Shown: positions 34,926 through 48,200 of the stretch, in pieces
Layout: every line of letters begins with the position of its first letter
How positions within the stretch are numbered: position 1 is the first letter of the stretch
From: Fimbriosthenelais zetlandica
Lineage: Eukaryota
Length of the DNA: 64,000 nucleotides
NCBI GenBank assembly: GCA_977030845.1
Contig: OZ365113.1
Coordinates: 14,074,001-14,138,000 of the forward strand
Reading direction: 5' to 3'
Notes under the pieces: generated by a model
The model's database searches: none
Seen by the model: the letters and a program-made list of their open reading frames with translations, nothing else
Told to the model about the DNA's origin: nothing
Translations under genes and position numbers: made by a program

Positions 34926-35628
34926 TACATCAGATTTACATACCATCCAGTTTTAAGTTTTCATTAGAAATAATGCGCAGATGATGTCATAAGATGCATC
35001 TTGACAGGCAATGAAAGAAATTTATCAGAATAGTACAAACGGTGTACAGAAGCATGATAACATGGTTTGTGGAATATTCCCAGAAAAGTGTCTCTATAGT
35101 AGGAAACTGTGAGGATAATCTTCTCCTGAGCTTTTCTTGGATACTTCAGAACCAAACGCCTGCCGCGACAGGCAAAGTGAAGAATGAATGAAAAGGAGAT
35201 GCATTTAAAACAATTTCCCCTTGTTTTCCCATCAAAAGTCCCTTGAAGTTTCCCCTATTATGTTCTCAATCTGAAGAGAGTTGGAAAACTTAGTAAAGCT
35301 GAGAGAGTTCTCGCGTGATCTGGTGTGATTTCGAGCTGTCTGCTTCCCACTAGGGTGCCATTAGGCTTGCCCCCTAGGAGCGGCTTTCATCACCATGTGG
35401 TTCGGCTTCCCAACTGCCAGTCTTAGGGAAACCCTTATAGGAGATGGTTTTGGGAGGACTGACTATTGTTAGGGTAGGTTATTGGTATTAAAAATGTGCG
35501 TTTTCCTTATGAGACAGCTCCCAGAAATACGGGTTATTTTTAAAGATATATCTCATGGCTGAAGCACAGTAGAATGCACAGAACAGAAGCATGTTTCAAG
35601 AGCCTTGGCTTTGCTTGTTGGATTTGCT

Positions 35629-36217
35629 TGGAAAATGATCCATGATAAACATGATGCACAAATTGATGGAAACAATATTCACACCAAGATGCTTCAGTTA
35701 CATCTAATATATCAAAAGGGCCTAGAATACACAGCTTCCTAAGTCCAATACCCTCTGACTTTTGAATGTTACCCCAGGAAATCAATTCTAACTTTGCCCG
35801 CATTCAGGGGTGAGTTCTACCCACACTTGTTAGTACTGCATACCTGGGGAGTTTCACGTAGAGGTGAAAATACATCAGATAAGCTGCGAACATCAGGATT
35901 CCTACACCCTCTTCTTTTTCGAATACATCTTGTTCTATGTGTTTTATAGAAGTCATAACAACTGGTGGGGCAGGGGGATGGCTACACGTTGCTAAGTCCT
36001 ACAGGAGGTCTGCACCACCGCGGTGATGTATAGCATTGAGTGACGTGCCATTATAGGATTTTATTACTGTAATTCACTAAGCAGTCTGTCTCCATTGGCG
36101 AACCAAGTTTTATTGTTTTTCAATATCAATTCTTATCGCCCTTAAGTCAATATTCACATCACCCCAAGCATATTCAAGCATTTTAAATCCTATGGAAAAT
36201 GATCCATGATAAACATG
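35629..36217. repeat. Exact 25-bp direct repeat, 564 bp apart
   Basis: TGGAAAATGATCCATGATAAACATG at 35629-35653 and 36193-36217. Confidence 0.85.
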
Positions 36218-39200
36218 TATAATATCTGAAAAGAGTTGAGATGTATAAAAGCGATTCAATTTAGATATTCATCCCCTAGTTTCAGCCATTTATACATATA
36301 TCCGGATACGACCAATTTATAGAGCTTCAGAACGTGGGTGAGGGAAAGAGGGAGAGAGAATATTAGGAACAGTCCAACATGTGACTCGCATGTGGGAGAA
36401 TGGCCGGTCTGGGAGTTGCATAGTATATGCCTTTTCACCCTCTTAATACCGGGTGATTTCACAGCCATGCTTTCGAACAAACAGAACTAACGAATCATTC
36501 AAAAACTTTCAAATTTACCACGCAAATTGAACTCTGGAACGTTTTCTTGTCTCTTTCTTGTCGTATGAAGCAATTAATTGACCATTAAAATGATACATAG
36601 TCTAAAATAGGAATTACCGGAAAGTGTGAAGGTGGTACAACTGACAGAAGACCCAATGCTACCACATGGACGATCTGTAACAAAACATTGTTTTCTCTGT
36701 ACAATGCAATTGCTGATATGCAGTAAAAAGCCAGATGTGGGAGAACGGAGATGAGGAGTTGATGAAAGAGGGATGTAAAAATAGATATAGCCTGTAAGCA
36801 ATGCTATTTATTCTATCAACAATATTTTTCTTAATTTCATTGCCTAGAGCAGTTTATATTCTAAGCAAATTATTTTCAGAGAATGATCTTTCTGCTGGAC
36901 CATATATGCTGCATAACTTTCTGGAAGTACGTGTGAAGTACTTGGCCATCTACTGTGACTTTATCGCGCATCTGTTTTAGTGATAATTGTTCACATGTAC
37001 ATGCCTCCCGAGGGAGAATCAATGTCAGATTGACATCCAAGTTTGGAAGAAAGACTTTGTAGCAGTTAAAATGAATCTGACAGAAATGAAAAGAACAGTG
37101 AAAGTGAGCAATTCCAGTCAGATAATAGAGGAACTGTCTAAAAGTACAAGATAACCGCTGATAAACTCAAAGTCTACTTTTTGTCACTTCACGGATGGAA
37201 TACAAAATAAGCAACAAGTGAAGTTCCTTTCAGTGCTGTTCATCCAATGAGCCGCAGCACGGGGAAATGTAATCCAACTTATCAGAGAAGTTACCCGGTA
37301 ATTGTCCCAATGTCAGATAGTCTTCCTCCGTGTCTGCGCTAGCCAACATATTTTCTTTGAAAAGGAACCATCCAACAGAGTTTTCTTTGGAATGTAGCCT
37401 GATATTTAGGCTCTTCAGCCTGAAGGTTGAATTATCATCTGATGCTATCTCATGTCTAAGCATCTGGATCTGTACCTACTTTGTGACAACAGTATATATG
37501 TTCAGTTGAGCTATTATCCTATCAAGCTCTATCAGAGTATACTACAGCATTTCCAGAACCTGAACAAGGTTATCTTTGTGTTATTAGTATAGATGATAAC
37601 AGGTACTTTAGTAGGGGATATATAGCAGAACCCAAACGTACATGTTGCACACGTAAATGATATTATTTTAAAATTATAGTCTTCAGTCGACATTCTAAGT
37701 ACTAAAAATCAAGTATAAAAGTATATAAAACGATATGCTATTATTTCTATAGGCCATTTATGGCTTTGACGATAATAATTATAGTATACTTTTTGTAAGG
37801 ATCAAACTCAAAGGACTGTTACGTTGGGGCGGATTTCGCTCGGCTAGTCATGCATACAGTCCCATAGATATACAGGGCAGAATGTCCCAGGGTGAAGCTC
37901 ATAAATCCTTCCATTGGAGTATTAACCGTGGGTAAAATTAGGCCAAGACAGTGTAGGATCATATCAGTCAGACGGATCTTTATATACGTGCTACTATCCA
38001 ATATTTCTTACTCGACCCTAATTTGTGTAGCAAGAGAGGATATGTATAATATTGTTAAAAGGCGCTATTAATTACTTTTAGAGACCAGCATAATAGCAAT
38101 GACTTTATGAATATCTCAATTTTCATCTCTGACATTCATTTACATTGGTCATTATCAGCATCACTTTTGTCGGCCCCATTAATCACAATTACCTTACCTG
38201 GTAATAGGTCTATTTTTTTCCCTCTAGTTGTAATCAACAGGACTGACTAATCATTCCGGTATGTTGCCTTCTCAAGGGGTGAATTTAAGCACCAAGTAAG
38301 AAGTTGTATTGACTCTCTAGTCTATTACAGTTTGAAGTAGATGAAAGCTATAGATGGTATTGTATCAGCCACGGGCTAGAGTGGGAGGCCCCTTCAATCA
38401 CACCTGGCGTTGTCATGTCACAGTACGGCTGTGAGTGCCTGCTACCTGTGGGCAGTACAAGGCTTTTCTACAGGTGGCAGGACACCTGGCCACTGGGCTC
38501 TTCCCCCGTTTCTCTAAGGACTAAATCTTCCCTAAGCAGAAGCCAGTGACATGATCTATGGTTGTTGAGGGGACTTGCTACAATGGATGGAGGTATACGT
38601 TAAAGCTTCCGAGCTCTCAATTAATTAATATGACATCAGAAGCACCTAATTTCAAGCTTAATTACACTGGTATGTCCATGAACCAAATTTCTATGCTTCT
38701 TGGTGCGAACATATATGTAAAAGTACATTATATCCAATTAAGTAATCAAGATTGGCATATTGATCACAATGCGGTCATGAAATCAATCAAACAAATGATG
38801 TCAGTCCAACAAAATATGGTTCAACATAATCATTCTGGACATCCCGAGGAGCATATCTCCTTTCAGAAACATGTAAATGTTTCTTTCAACATTTTTATTT
38901 AAGTAACTTCGATCAACAACTGCAATTGAGAGAAAGTGATTCAACTTGTTTCGTTCAAGTTTTTAGAAGTTAACTACCTTGTCCAAAAGTGTATTTCAAC
39001 ATGTTATAAGATCAATCTAAGCATGAATCTTTTTTCGTTTGCCCCTTTGACATGTACTTAGATGCGGATGGAAGGTATTCCCCTGGGGATTTTGCTTAGA
39101 AAAGCATACATATACTGGTCTGGACGTGACTGTTGACAGGGTCTGCTGCTTAGAAGTCTCATTTATTAGAGACTGCTGAAACATATCCAAATCAAATGCA

Positions 39201-42200
39201 GATACAACCCCTCTACGCCACCAGAATAGACCACCAACCGCCCTTGAAGAATATTTATGTACTTTCAACTTATCATCTTTATTCATCACCATGGAATTTA
39301 TTATAACGTCTTAGATATTTCAATCATAATTCAAATTCCATGACTGGATTGAAACATTCCTACTATTCTTCTTTTTCACAAAAAGCAATGTACATGTATA
39401 GTTGTAAAGTTTGCATGAGGAGTTAGTGAAAAGGGCCAAGGACCCGAGGTGTGAGGGCGGTAAACATCCAAGGCCTCTTTGTTATCAGGATCCACGGCTG
39501 AGAGACAACAGTTTATGGGCAACTCGAGGCAATAGTCAAGTTGCCCTCGACTGTTGTAAACAGACTATTTAAAGAAAGATTTAATGGAAGAAGTGTGACA
39601 TATATGCACGTACTTTCCCTGTGATAATGCCCCGAATATGACTCTCTGTGAGTAATTTCAACTGCAGCTATCCACTGGTATATCAGATTGAAAAATATTT
39701 ACATAGCATTTACCAACTGTTAAGAGTTAAATGTTTCTCTTCTTGAGTGACATGGATACAAAAAAAATCACCACAGTTTAATAATCAAATGCTCATGTTG
39801 TGAGTTCTAGATGATTGATAACCCCTACCCTCCTCTAATCAGCCTTCCTTGACGATGATTCCTCATGTACCTGTGTTTAATGTAGTAAGCTCACTAACTA
39901 AACAGGATCTGGGCTGATATTTCTTTTTCGAGCGAAAATCATCAAGAGTCTTTATTCATTGGACCCTAGCTTCTAAATTGCTCCCTAAGACTAAGACTAA
40001 TCGACTGACTTCATTGCAACCCACATCTGCCAAAATAAACACGGCAGAGTCCTTGGTATGATTTCTAAATCTATTAATAGCCTATACAGGGAATAAGATT
40101 CTTATGGGGACTAAATGAATGAGTAAAGCTAGGGATTCGCACCCCATGAATTCACTTAAACAATTCTTAGGTCGGAAAGTGATCGAGATCCTTTACTGAG
40201 TATGATACACGATACCCAATATAATTGATAAAATACTATTATAATTAAAATGCTTCAATTTCCTCTTTCAATTCCATAATATTTCAGTATTTTCCCTTAG
40301 ATATAATCCAGTATAGTATTCGTCTATGTACATTTCCATGCCTAACGAGAACACTTCCACCATTCCAAGCAATCGGCAGTTTCACTCAGCACTGTGGTAG
40401 GTAAACATTCAGCTATAGGTAGGTGTCCCTGCTGACATTTTCTGATAGCTAGGTCAACCCCCAACCCAGTAACAAATTTACTAGCACGTTTCGGTTGCTT
40501 CCTTCAGAAATTTCTTCTACCTCACACATACATGGCTACAAAAGAAATAGAAATCGAGGCCTGTTCCATAACAACGATGCTCTGCATTATTGGGTTATGT
40601 AGCGCATACTTTGCAATAAAGAATGTGCACCGTACCCCATTGACATTATGGTTTTGCTGTACATTCCAACTTCTAGATATACTGAGTTGCTCTATTTTGT
40701 CCATTACAAATATGTTCCCTCCCGCTGATACAGTTATTCCGCTATCGATTGGGATATCCCCATAATTCTGCATATGCTTTTTTGCTAAATATTTGCTTAA
40801 TATATTATATGAGGAGAAAAACCTGCACCTAATGAACTACTTCAAACAAGACCTTACCATTGGACATCACCACTCAACCATCAACTTGGTTCAAATCGCT
40901 TTAGGCTAAAACATAAGCGTTAATCACAGGGGAGAATGGCATGTAAGTTCTACATTTACATTTCAAAGGCAGCTTGTTGAACCTTTAAGTTTCAACCACT
41001 TCAACATAGACAGGCTTTTACTGCGCCTGGAGGCAGTCCCTGCATACTTTTTTCTACCCTCCAAAGAAGGTCCATTACCTGCACCACCTGGAGTAGTGAA
41101 GGGTCAAATAATCTGACCTTTACTACTGGAGGGCCTCTCACATGGTGTCAGATCTAGACTAGGACTAGACTAGAGAGGGTGACCAGCCAGGAGGCCCGGC
41201 AAGGTGAAGACAAGAGGCGATAAATCACTATGATTTTATTCACCTTTCACCCGTAAAACACACTGCATCAGCTTCCTATATGATGTACCACTGTCATATG
41301 ATCATGGCCTTAATATTTCACACCCTGCTCCATTGCAAATGAATCATTCTTCATTCAACGCTGGGTTATTTTTTTCACTGCCTGTTTTTATACATGGCTT
41401 TGCGGTGTGCTATTGGAAAGAGCCGAAGCTTGTTTCCGGTGATTTGACAACAATAAATGAATCATTGGCCGCTGCTTAAAAGCTACAAAATTGAAGTTAC
41501 ACGTCTAAAAGGCAAAGTGTTTAAAAATGACATTTGGTTGCGCACTCCTTGGTTTTCTTTCCTATTCTTCGCTTGTCTATTGAGTGAATGGAACTGGAGA
41601 AAAATGGAAAAAGAAAATACGAACTAAAGGGGTAAGGGCTTTGATCGATGTGTCTTCTTTCTCACCAATTAGACATAAGAACATTGTGCTGAATGTAAGG
41701 TATATGGCCACTTTTGTTGGTATCTAAAACCATCCATTGCAGTCAATGTACTGGCACAATACCGACATTGGTGATGACAGAATCGGTACTGACTATCCCG
41801 GAGTCTTCATCATCAAATTCAGAATACAGTAGCCGGTATCAAAAGGAATATTAGCCATTAGCATTGAAAAAATTCCTTTTGAATCAGGCTCCAGATCGAC
41901 TAATCCAAGCATATGATGCTTCATTACCAATTTTACTTAGCCCATATAATAAGTTAGTCGCATGCACGGACGGTCCTTAATATACTACATTTTGTCCTTA
42001 CATCTGACAATTTACCCATCCAATATTTAAGTTAGTTTACAACAATTGCATAAGTCTAATTTGGTGTGGGGAGGTTGGGAATAATATATATGCATAAAAT
42101 GGCAAGCTCATTTTCCTTCTCAGTCCATTAATGGAGCTGCTTGCAAAAATAACGAGTATTTTCTAAAAATGCCCCTGGCATATACAACTAGCAATCACAC

Positions 42201-45200
42201 TTATGATAGGGTGTCACTCAGTTTAATGTTATAGCTTAACATGTAAGATTCCCACAGTCCCCCAGGGAATAACATTAATTATAGCCAATGATTAACGGGC
42301 CATGAACCGATCTTTACATTTAATTATAGCTCGTGACCATGACTCTAGGTCAAAGTCAAAAAATCCCATCCCTTTCATCCCCCACTTCCACCGTCATTAA
42401 TTTTACGGCTGCAAAGTTTTATAACACCTAAAACAGAGGAGGAAAAAACGGGAGAAGAGCTGTTCTAGCTGCGAGTTGAGAGCAGCAGGTTCTCTCCTAC
42501 ACTCCTCGACTTCCCCTTGAGTCAGATAGGTATACACAAGGCCATATATAATGGAAGGTGGGCCAGAAGGGGTGAAGGTAGTGATGTCACCTTCAGACGG
42601 TTACAGATCCTGCCATCACTGAGGCGAGGCAGTTAAGGGTCAATTATTTTCTAGACTAACATCAACTTGATAGTCTGACTTCACAAGCAAGATAGACCTC
42701 TTTTTACTCGGGAGTAAATAATCTTTCTCCCATCTATACTTAATATGACTTAATGCACAGTCATGTGAGGTTGTTATTTCCAAATCATATCACCTGAGTA
42801 AACTGCTTGTTTCGAATGCACTGCGCGTAGAAAAATCAGTCACAAGCAGTGACTATTTTCAATAATAGGGCTTGCAGGGCTAATGAATGGATTGGCTTAT
42901 CGGAATTTGAATTAATTAATACGTTAATACGCTCTGGTACTGTAATGGAATGTTTACCACATCATGGATCATTACACAATGATGATATACTTGATCACTT
43001 GATTAACCCCAGAATATAACTATTAATACAATTCTATCCGGGAACCAATATTGTCCACAGTTCATATACAGCAAAACAATTGTTAACTATATGCCTCAAT
43101 GGTACTATATGTATGTCCAGTATTTAAGGAAATTTATGAACTGTTAGAGTTGTAAGGGATACCCCATTCATGTCTGCTTTTCCCTATCTTTGCAAATAAT
43201 TACCAACAATAAGATGTGGCAGACATGTCTATAATAAAGTTAGTGTTCCCTCTGTTAGTTTTAAACAAAGAATTCCTTAAAACCAGTCCGCTTGACAATG
43301 CTACCCGTTTTCCACCAATCACATATCCTGGGGGCACCAAAGGCACAAATGGCAACGATTTAAAAACCAATTTGTAGCCCGTGGACCTGGCAAGTCCCAT
43401 GCTTTCCAATGATTTATTCCCATTCAATGTTAAGGGTGGCTAACTAGCTTGTTCTCTCCAGATTCCACAGTTACTTCTTGTATTCTTGCCACTTGTTGAT
43501 TCATTCCTGGCAGGTGTCTATAAAAATATCCTACTCATCAACAGTGAGTGGTTACCAACAGTGACTGTTGGAAATATATTAATGTCACTATTTTTCTACT
43601 TTTCCTTATCACTAGAGTGAGCGTGGATTGCCTGCACGCCCTCCAGGGCTGTTTGTCTTTTGAGGCTAACCAAAATATAACTGACAAATATCATCTACTG
43701 TGTGTGGGTCCTAGTAATTATAGAAATAACCCTAAATACCCAAGGAGGATGAGGTTTCATTGATTAATAATACTTCGGGGCATGTTTCAGTGTGCAATCA
43801 GATAATATAAACCTGTCAAATCAAGATGTTTCTCCCACGACAATGCCCAACTTTCTTGAGGCTCTGGTACGGTGGCAATGGTGATTAATGGTCTGACATG
43901 GGTTGAGGGTCAATATCTTTTTAACCTATTCACGACAAAGGTGGTCCCCTGTGGGCAATTATTTTATAATCTATACCATGGCGAAACTGATTAATGTACA
44001 AAACTTATACTAACGCATGTCTTATATTAAGGCTTACTGTCTAAGAAAGGATAGAAAACAACTCACCATAGACTTATCATTGCTAATGGGTGTTGCGAAG
44101 CAGGCCCCAGCTATGCACAAACATAGAAAACGCCCTCTTTTCTGCAAAAGAGATTTTGATTGATGAGGTTGTGTTAACATGAGCAGACATGATATGTTAA
44201 TGTAAATAAGGCAGGTTAACAAGACACTAAGAGCAACTAGATGTGAAATTAACCAGACTCGCCTTCCCAGAAATACTGACAGGAAAATGAAGCCATTTGA
44301 GAAGGAGTGAAATGATAGTTAACATATAATTTACATGTTCGACATCAAGCAAAACTGAGATCCATATTCTACATCAGTAGCTGAATACTGCAGCAAACAA
44401 TGTACTCTTGCAAGTGAAACAATGGTATAGAGCATATTATCAGATATTTGAATATCTGAATTATCATAAAACGATTTTCATCAGAAATGGATGTATCTGT
44501 AGAGAGTCTGGCATTGATAGCGTATTCGCTGATTGATTAATTGTCGTGTCTAGACTGCCCTGCTCTCACCATGGACCGTCCTCACTGAGGCTTACATTAA
44601 TAAGTAATTTTGTCGGACGCCCCATCATTTATATATGCAGGGTTTCGGCTGTACTGCTTCTAAGTTTGTCAATGTAAAGTTGTATTTTAGGGGTATATAT
44701 CCTGGGCATGCATAAGAATGATAATCAGTATAAAGGATTGTCTGTGAACTCACTCTTATATAATGATCTAGACAGCGCTTTATCATAAACTTGTGCATAT
44801 ATAGGCAGCATGGGCCTAATGATCTAACATAGAGCAATTTCCATGTATCGAGCCTCCACGAGCCAACAGTAATAGGAGTAATACTTAACGTCGGGGACAA
44901 TGTCAATAGGATATGATGGGAGTAGGATATGGCCAAATATTCATCCGGGATTGACTCCAGCTGCTAACATTCGAAAAGTGGGACTTGATCTCTGCCTGGT
45001 CAGCTGCTAGCACAAGACTTGGGAAGTTAGCTAAACTAAAGAACCATCATACATTCTACGCCTTATAGAAAAATAATCCAGTGTTCAGAAAGTGTTCATT
45101 TTCAGTGCATGTTTGAAAGCCTTCAGACATAAAAAGCCAGTTTAGAATATAAATGCTTGTATTAGAATATATATTGGTGACATGGGGTAAGTCTATGGGA

Positions 45201-48200
45201 GCTTTGGGCTATGTGACATAACCTATTAAACGGCCTGTTCAGCCTTGATATGATACATTCTGGCGGTATTAGCAGGAGGCAATATGCGGAGCCATAACTC
45301 AAGCTATCTTTTTAGACACCTCGGCCACTGCTTTCCATCTGATAATCCTGGCTTGCCGGGCTCTATCAGACTCTCACATCTAAACCATGTCTTATTGTTG
45401 GCTGGCTCTGCTTGCATCCATGTCATTGTGACTTCATGAATAATTGAAAGTGTCGGAAGAAGTCTCAGCAGACACCCATCTCTCCCTTTCCCCTGTGCTC
45501 CTCGGCAATTCACTTAAGGACAGAGCAGGAGTTATAAGTTGGTTATGGAAGTACATGGGAAGAGTTATTACCAGACTCTTTGTCAGATAAAATCAATGGG
45601 GCTCGTCTATATTCCGACTTAGGTATGCTTGCAAGTATATATATCAGAGCTGTAGAATGAGAACCTAACTGACTGATCTAGTTTTTGCTTGATGAGCCTG
45701 CATCACGTTTTCACACCTTCTTACGAAGATTTAATGTAAAAGATCTTATCACTGTTTATCTACTGATCATTTGTTTCAATCAAATTCAAGATTCTTATGT
45801 ATGTTAATGTTCCCCAGATCCTATCAGGTATAGTTTGTTTCATGTCCCTGTAAAAAAAACCCATGCCTCTCACTTCCATACTCTCGTAGCAAGCCTTCAA
45901 CATTGAGCAATAATTGGGGGATGAAACCCGATGGAGGCAGTTTTGTGAATTGGATCTGTATTTAGTGGGAAGATTAATCTCTCAGGTGAAATGGTTGGAT
46001 TGCTCTTGTACGTTTCTGTCACTGAAATTCAGCCAAGGAAATCGATATTCAGGTGATCTTTCAGTCTAATTGAATATAGAGTAATCAAACGTTCCTCAGA
46101 GAATGTGAACATTTTTCTTGCGTGGATGGAAAGTGTTATTTTATCCGCCCTCAAACACTACAGGACCCATAGCTACTTGTGGCTACTTGTGAACTAGTAG
46201 CATGAACAAAGGAATGGTCTGTGAGCTTCATCAAGTGAGATTTTTTAATTTCTTTTCTTTCTTATACATGTCTACAGAATGTAGGATGTGTGTTTCTTTT
46301 ATTAGGGATGCACAATCCATTCAGAGAAGAGGAATCCTAAAGTAATCCCATCTGTATGAGTTCTTGATACTTGAAACATGTTTACACATTATATTTATAA
46401 AGACATTCCAAAGTAGCGATTGAAAGTTCCGATAAAGACAGAACTCCTGGTTTTCAGTCAGACCTCGATATACCTTTACTGAAGTGAAAGTTAATATCCT
46501 TTAGAAACGATGACTTAACGGCGACAGATCTGAACTTAGCTGAAGTTGTCTCCATCCATCAATTCTAAAGTTACTGAGGCTAGAGTCTTCCATTTCCTAC
46601 CCTTAGGCTGTTCTTCACTGCACTCGGGAAAACATTCAGCAATGAATTTACCCCAGCCCGTCAGTTTTAAACACAAACTTGACTTGAGTATAGACAGACT
46701 TTGTGATATTATATTTAAATAATGTAGAAATGATGTTTTGGTATTCTCATAACTTTGGGAACAAAATTAGGAAGCAGACACCAAACCCGATACGAGGAAA
46801 TGACTGTATTAAAGTATTTTGAATCTGGTTCAGCAGTCCTGAAAACAGGGACAGATTGTTGAAGCCAAATACTTCAATGTAGATCTTAATCTACATAGCC
46901 TACTGTCATTGTGAATACAAACTCCAACAGGCTGGCTATAGAGGAAATTAGTTAAAATTGTTTCCCGTCTTAAGCTTAATATGAATGGAAAAGACAGGCA
47001 AAGATAAGGGGTGATATCAGCTATAGAGAACGTTTGGCAAGTACACCCGGCGGACATAATGCTGCTATATATGAAATCAGTCGAGAAGAAAGATTGGACA
47101 ATTTAAGACAAGATTAGATTCTATTCTAACATCTGATTAAGGATGTCTTCGAGCTAGAAACCACGTAATCGGTTCAGAATCCAAGGCTGACTAACAGGGA
47201 GTAAATGATCATCCCCCGGATCATACCTTCAGACTATACCTGCCATTTAACGGACTGTCTCCAAAAGGGACAAAACTCTACAAGTACCTGTCAACAAAAA
47301 ATTCTACCTCCGGGCCTTATCACGCCCTATAGAAATGGGCGCCATGCAACATTAAGTTTGAAAACCAAGATTTTCCAGGTCACTAGTTTTGGATCGCGCT
47401 AATAGGATGGCCGACAAGTGGGCGATATTGAGTGAATAATGCAAAATCACAGTGGAAGAAAGTGATTCAGAGGTGCAAACTGAGTGCTCCTTGTTGTGAT
47501 GATGTCGCAGACATCAAAAGCTGTCTCACATTCTGGTAGTTTGGTGGTCTATTATGTTCTGGCACAAATAGACCATGTAGGCTATTTGGATATAGACCTA
47601 AGGATGCTTGAATTCAAGACCATCATCATGCATGCAATGTAATCGTAATCCCACATTGTCTGCTCTCAAGAAGTAAAGTGAAACAATCAAAACCATTCAA
47701 AGATTAAAAAGTATATACGTATAGAACTGCATGGTTCATATATCCATCAAGAAAACGAAAGAAAAATATTGCTTATTTTACCATTGAAAAGAGAGTAGTG
47801 TTACGACAGTTTTTTTGCGACTCTCCAGATCTTTTTATATGAATCCCAGGTGTCTGGAGCCACAATAAAGCTTTTCCTAAAAAATGTTCTAATAGAGAAC
47901 TTCCTTTCATCCATTAACGAATGCTGTTTCATATTTCAAACTAAACCCGAGACTTTAGAGTACCTCCCTTGTTGTCTGAACGACCATATCCCTTTGCGTT
48001 CGTTTTAGGAGAGCAATTCATGTCCAGAACATTTCTAATGAGGGAAACATGAGAGAAGCCAAGCTTATGTGCATTAAGCACATACAGGACACCCGATACT
48101 TCTGCTATGAAATGATGCTGAATGAATAAGAAATAATAGTGGTCACGTTTAACTGAGTAACAGAAGATCGGATTCATCCACTAAAAGGCCCCTAAAATGT

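Noticed and set aside
35271-35290. CTGAAGAG...GAAA as a hammerhead ribozyme core
   Set aside because: Stem II cannot pair, and the C before GAAA is missing.
37230-37463. 77-aa minus-strand ORF with protein-like composition
   Set aside because: No recognisable family and no polypyrimidine acceptor or clear donor; length within chance.
45304-45410. NKTWFRC...GL..DGKQW resembling an RTE/L2 LINE C-terminus
   Set aside because: Too short and degenerate, with no adjacent RT motifs.
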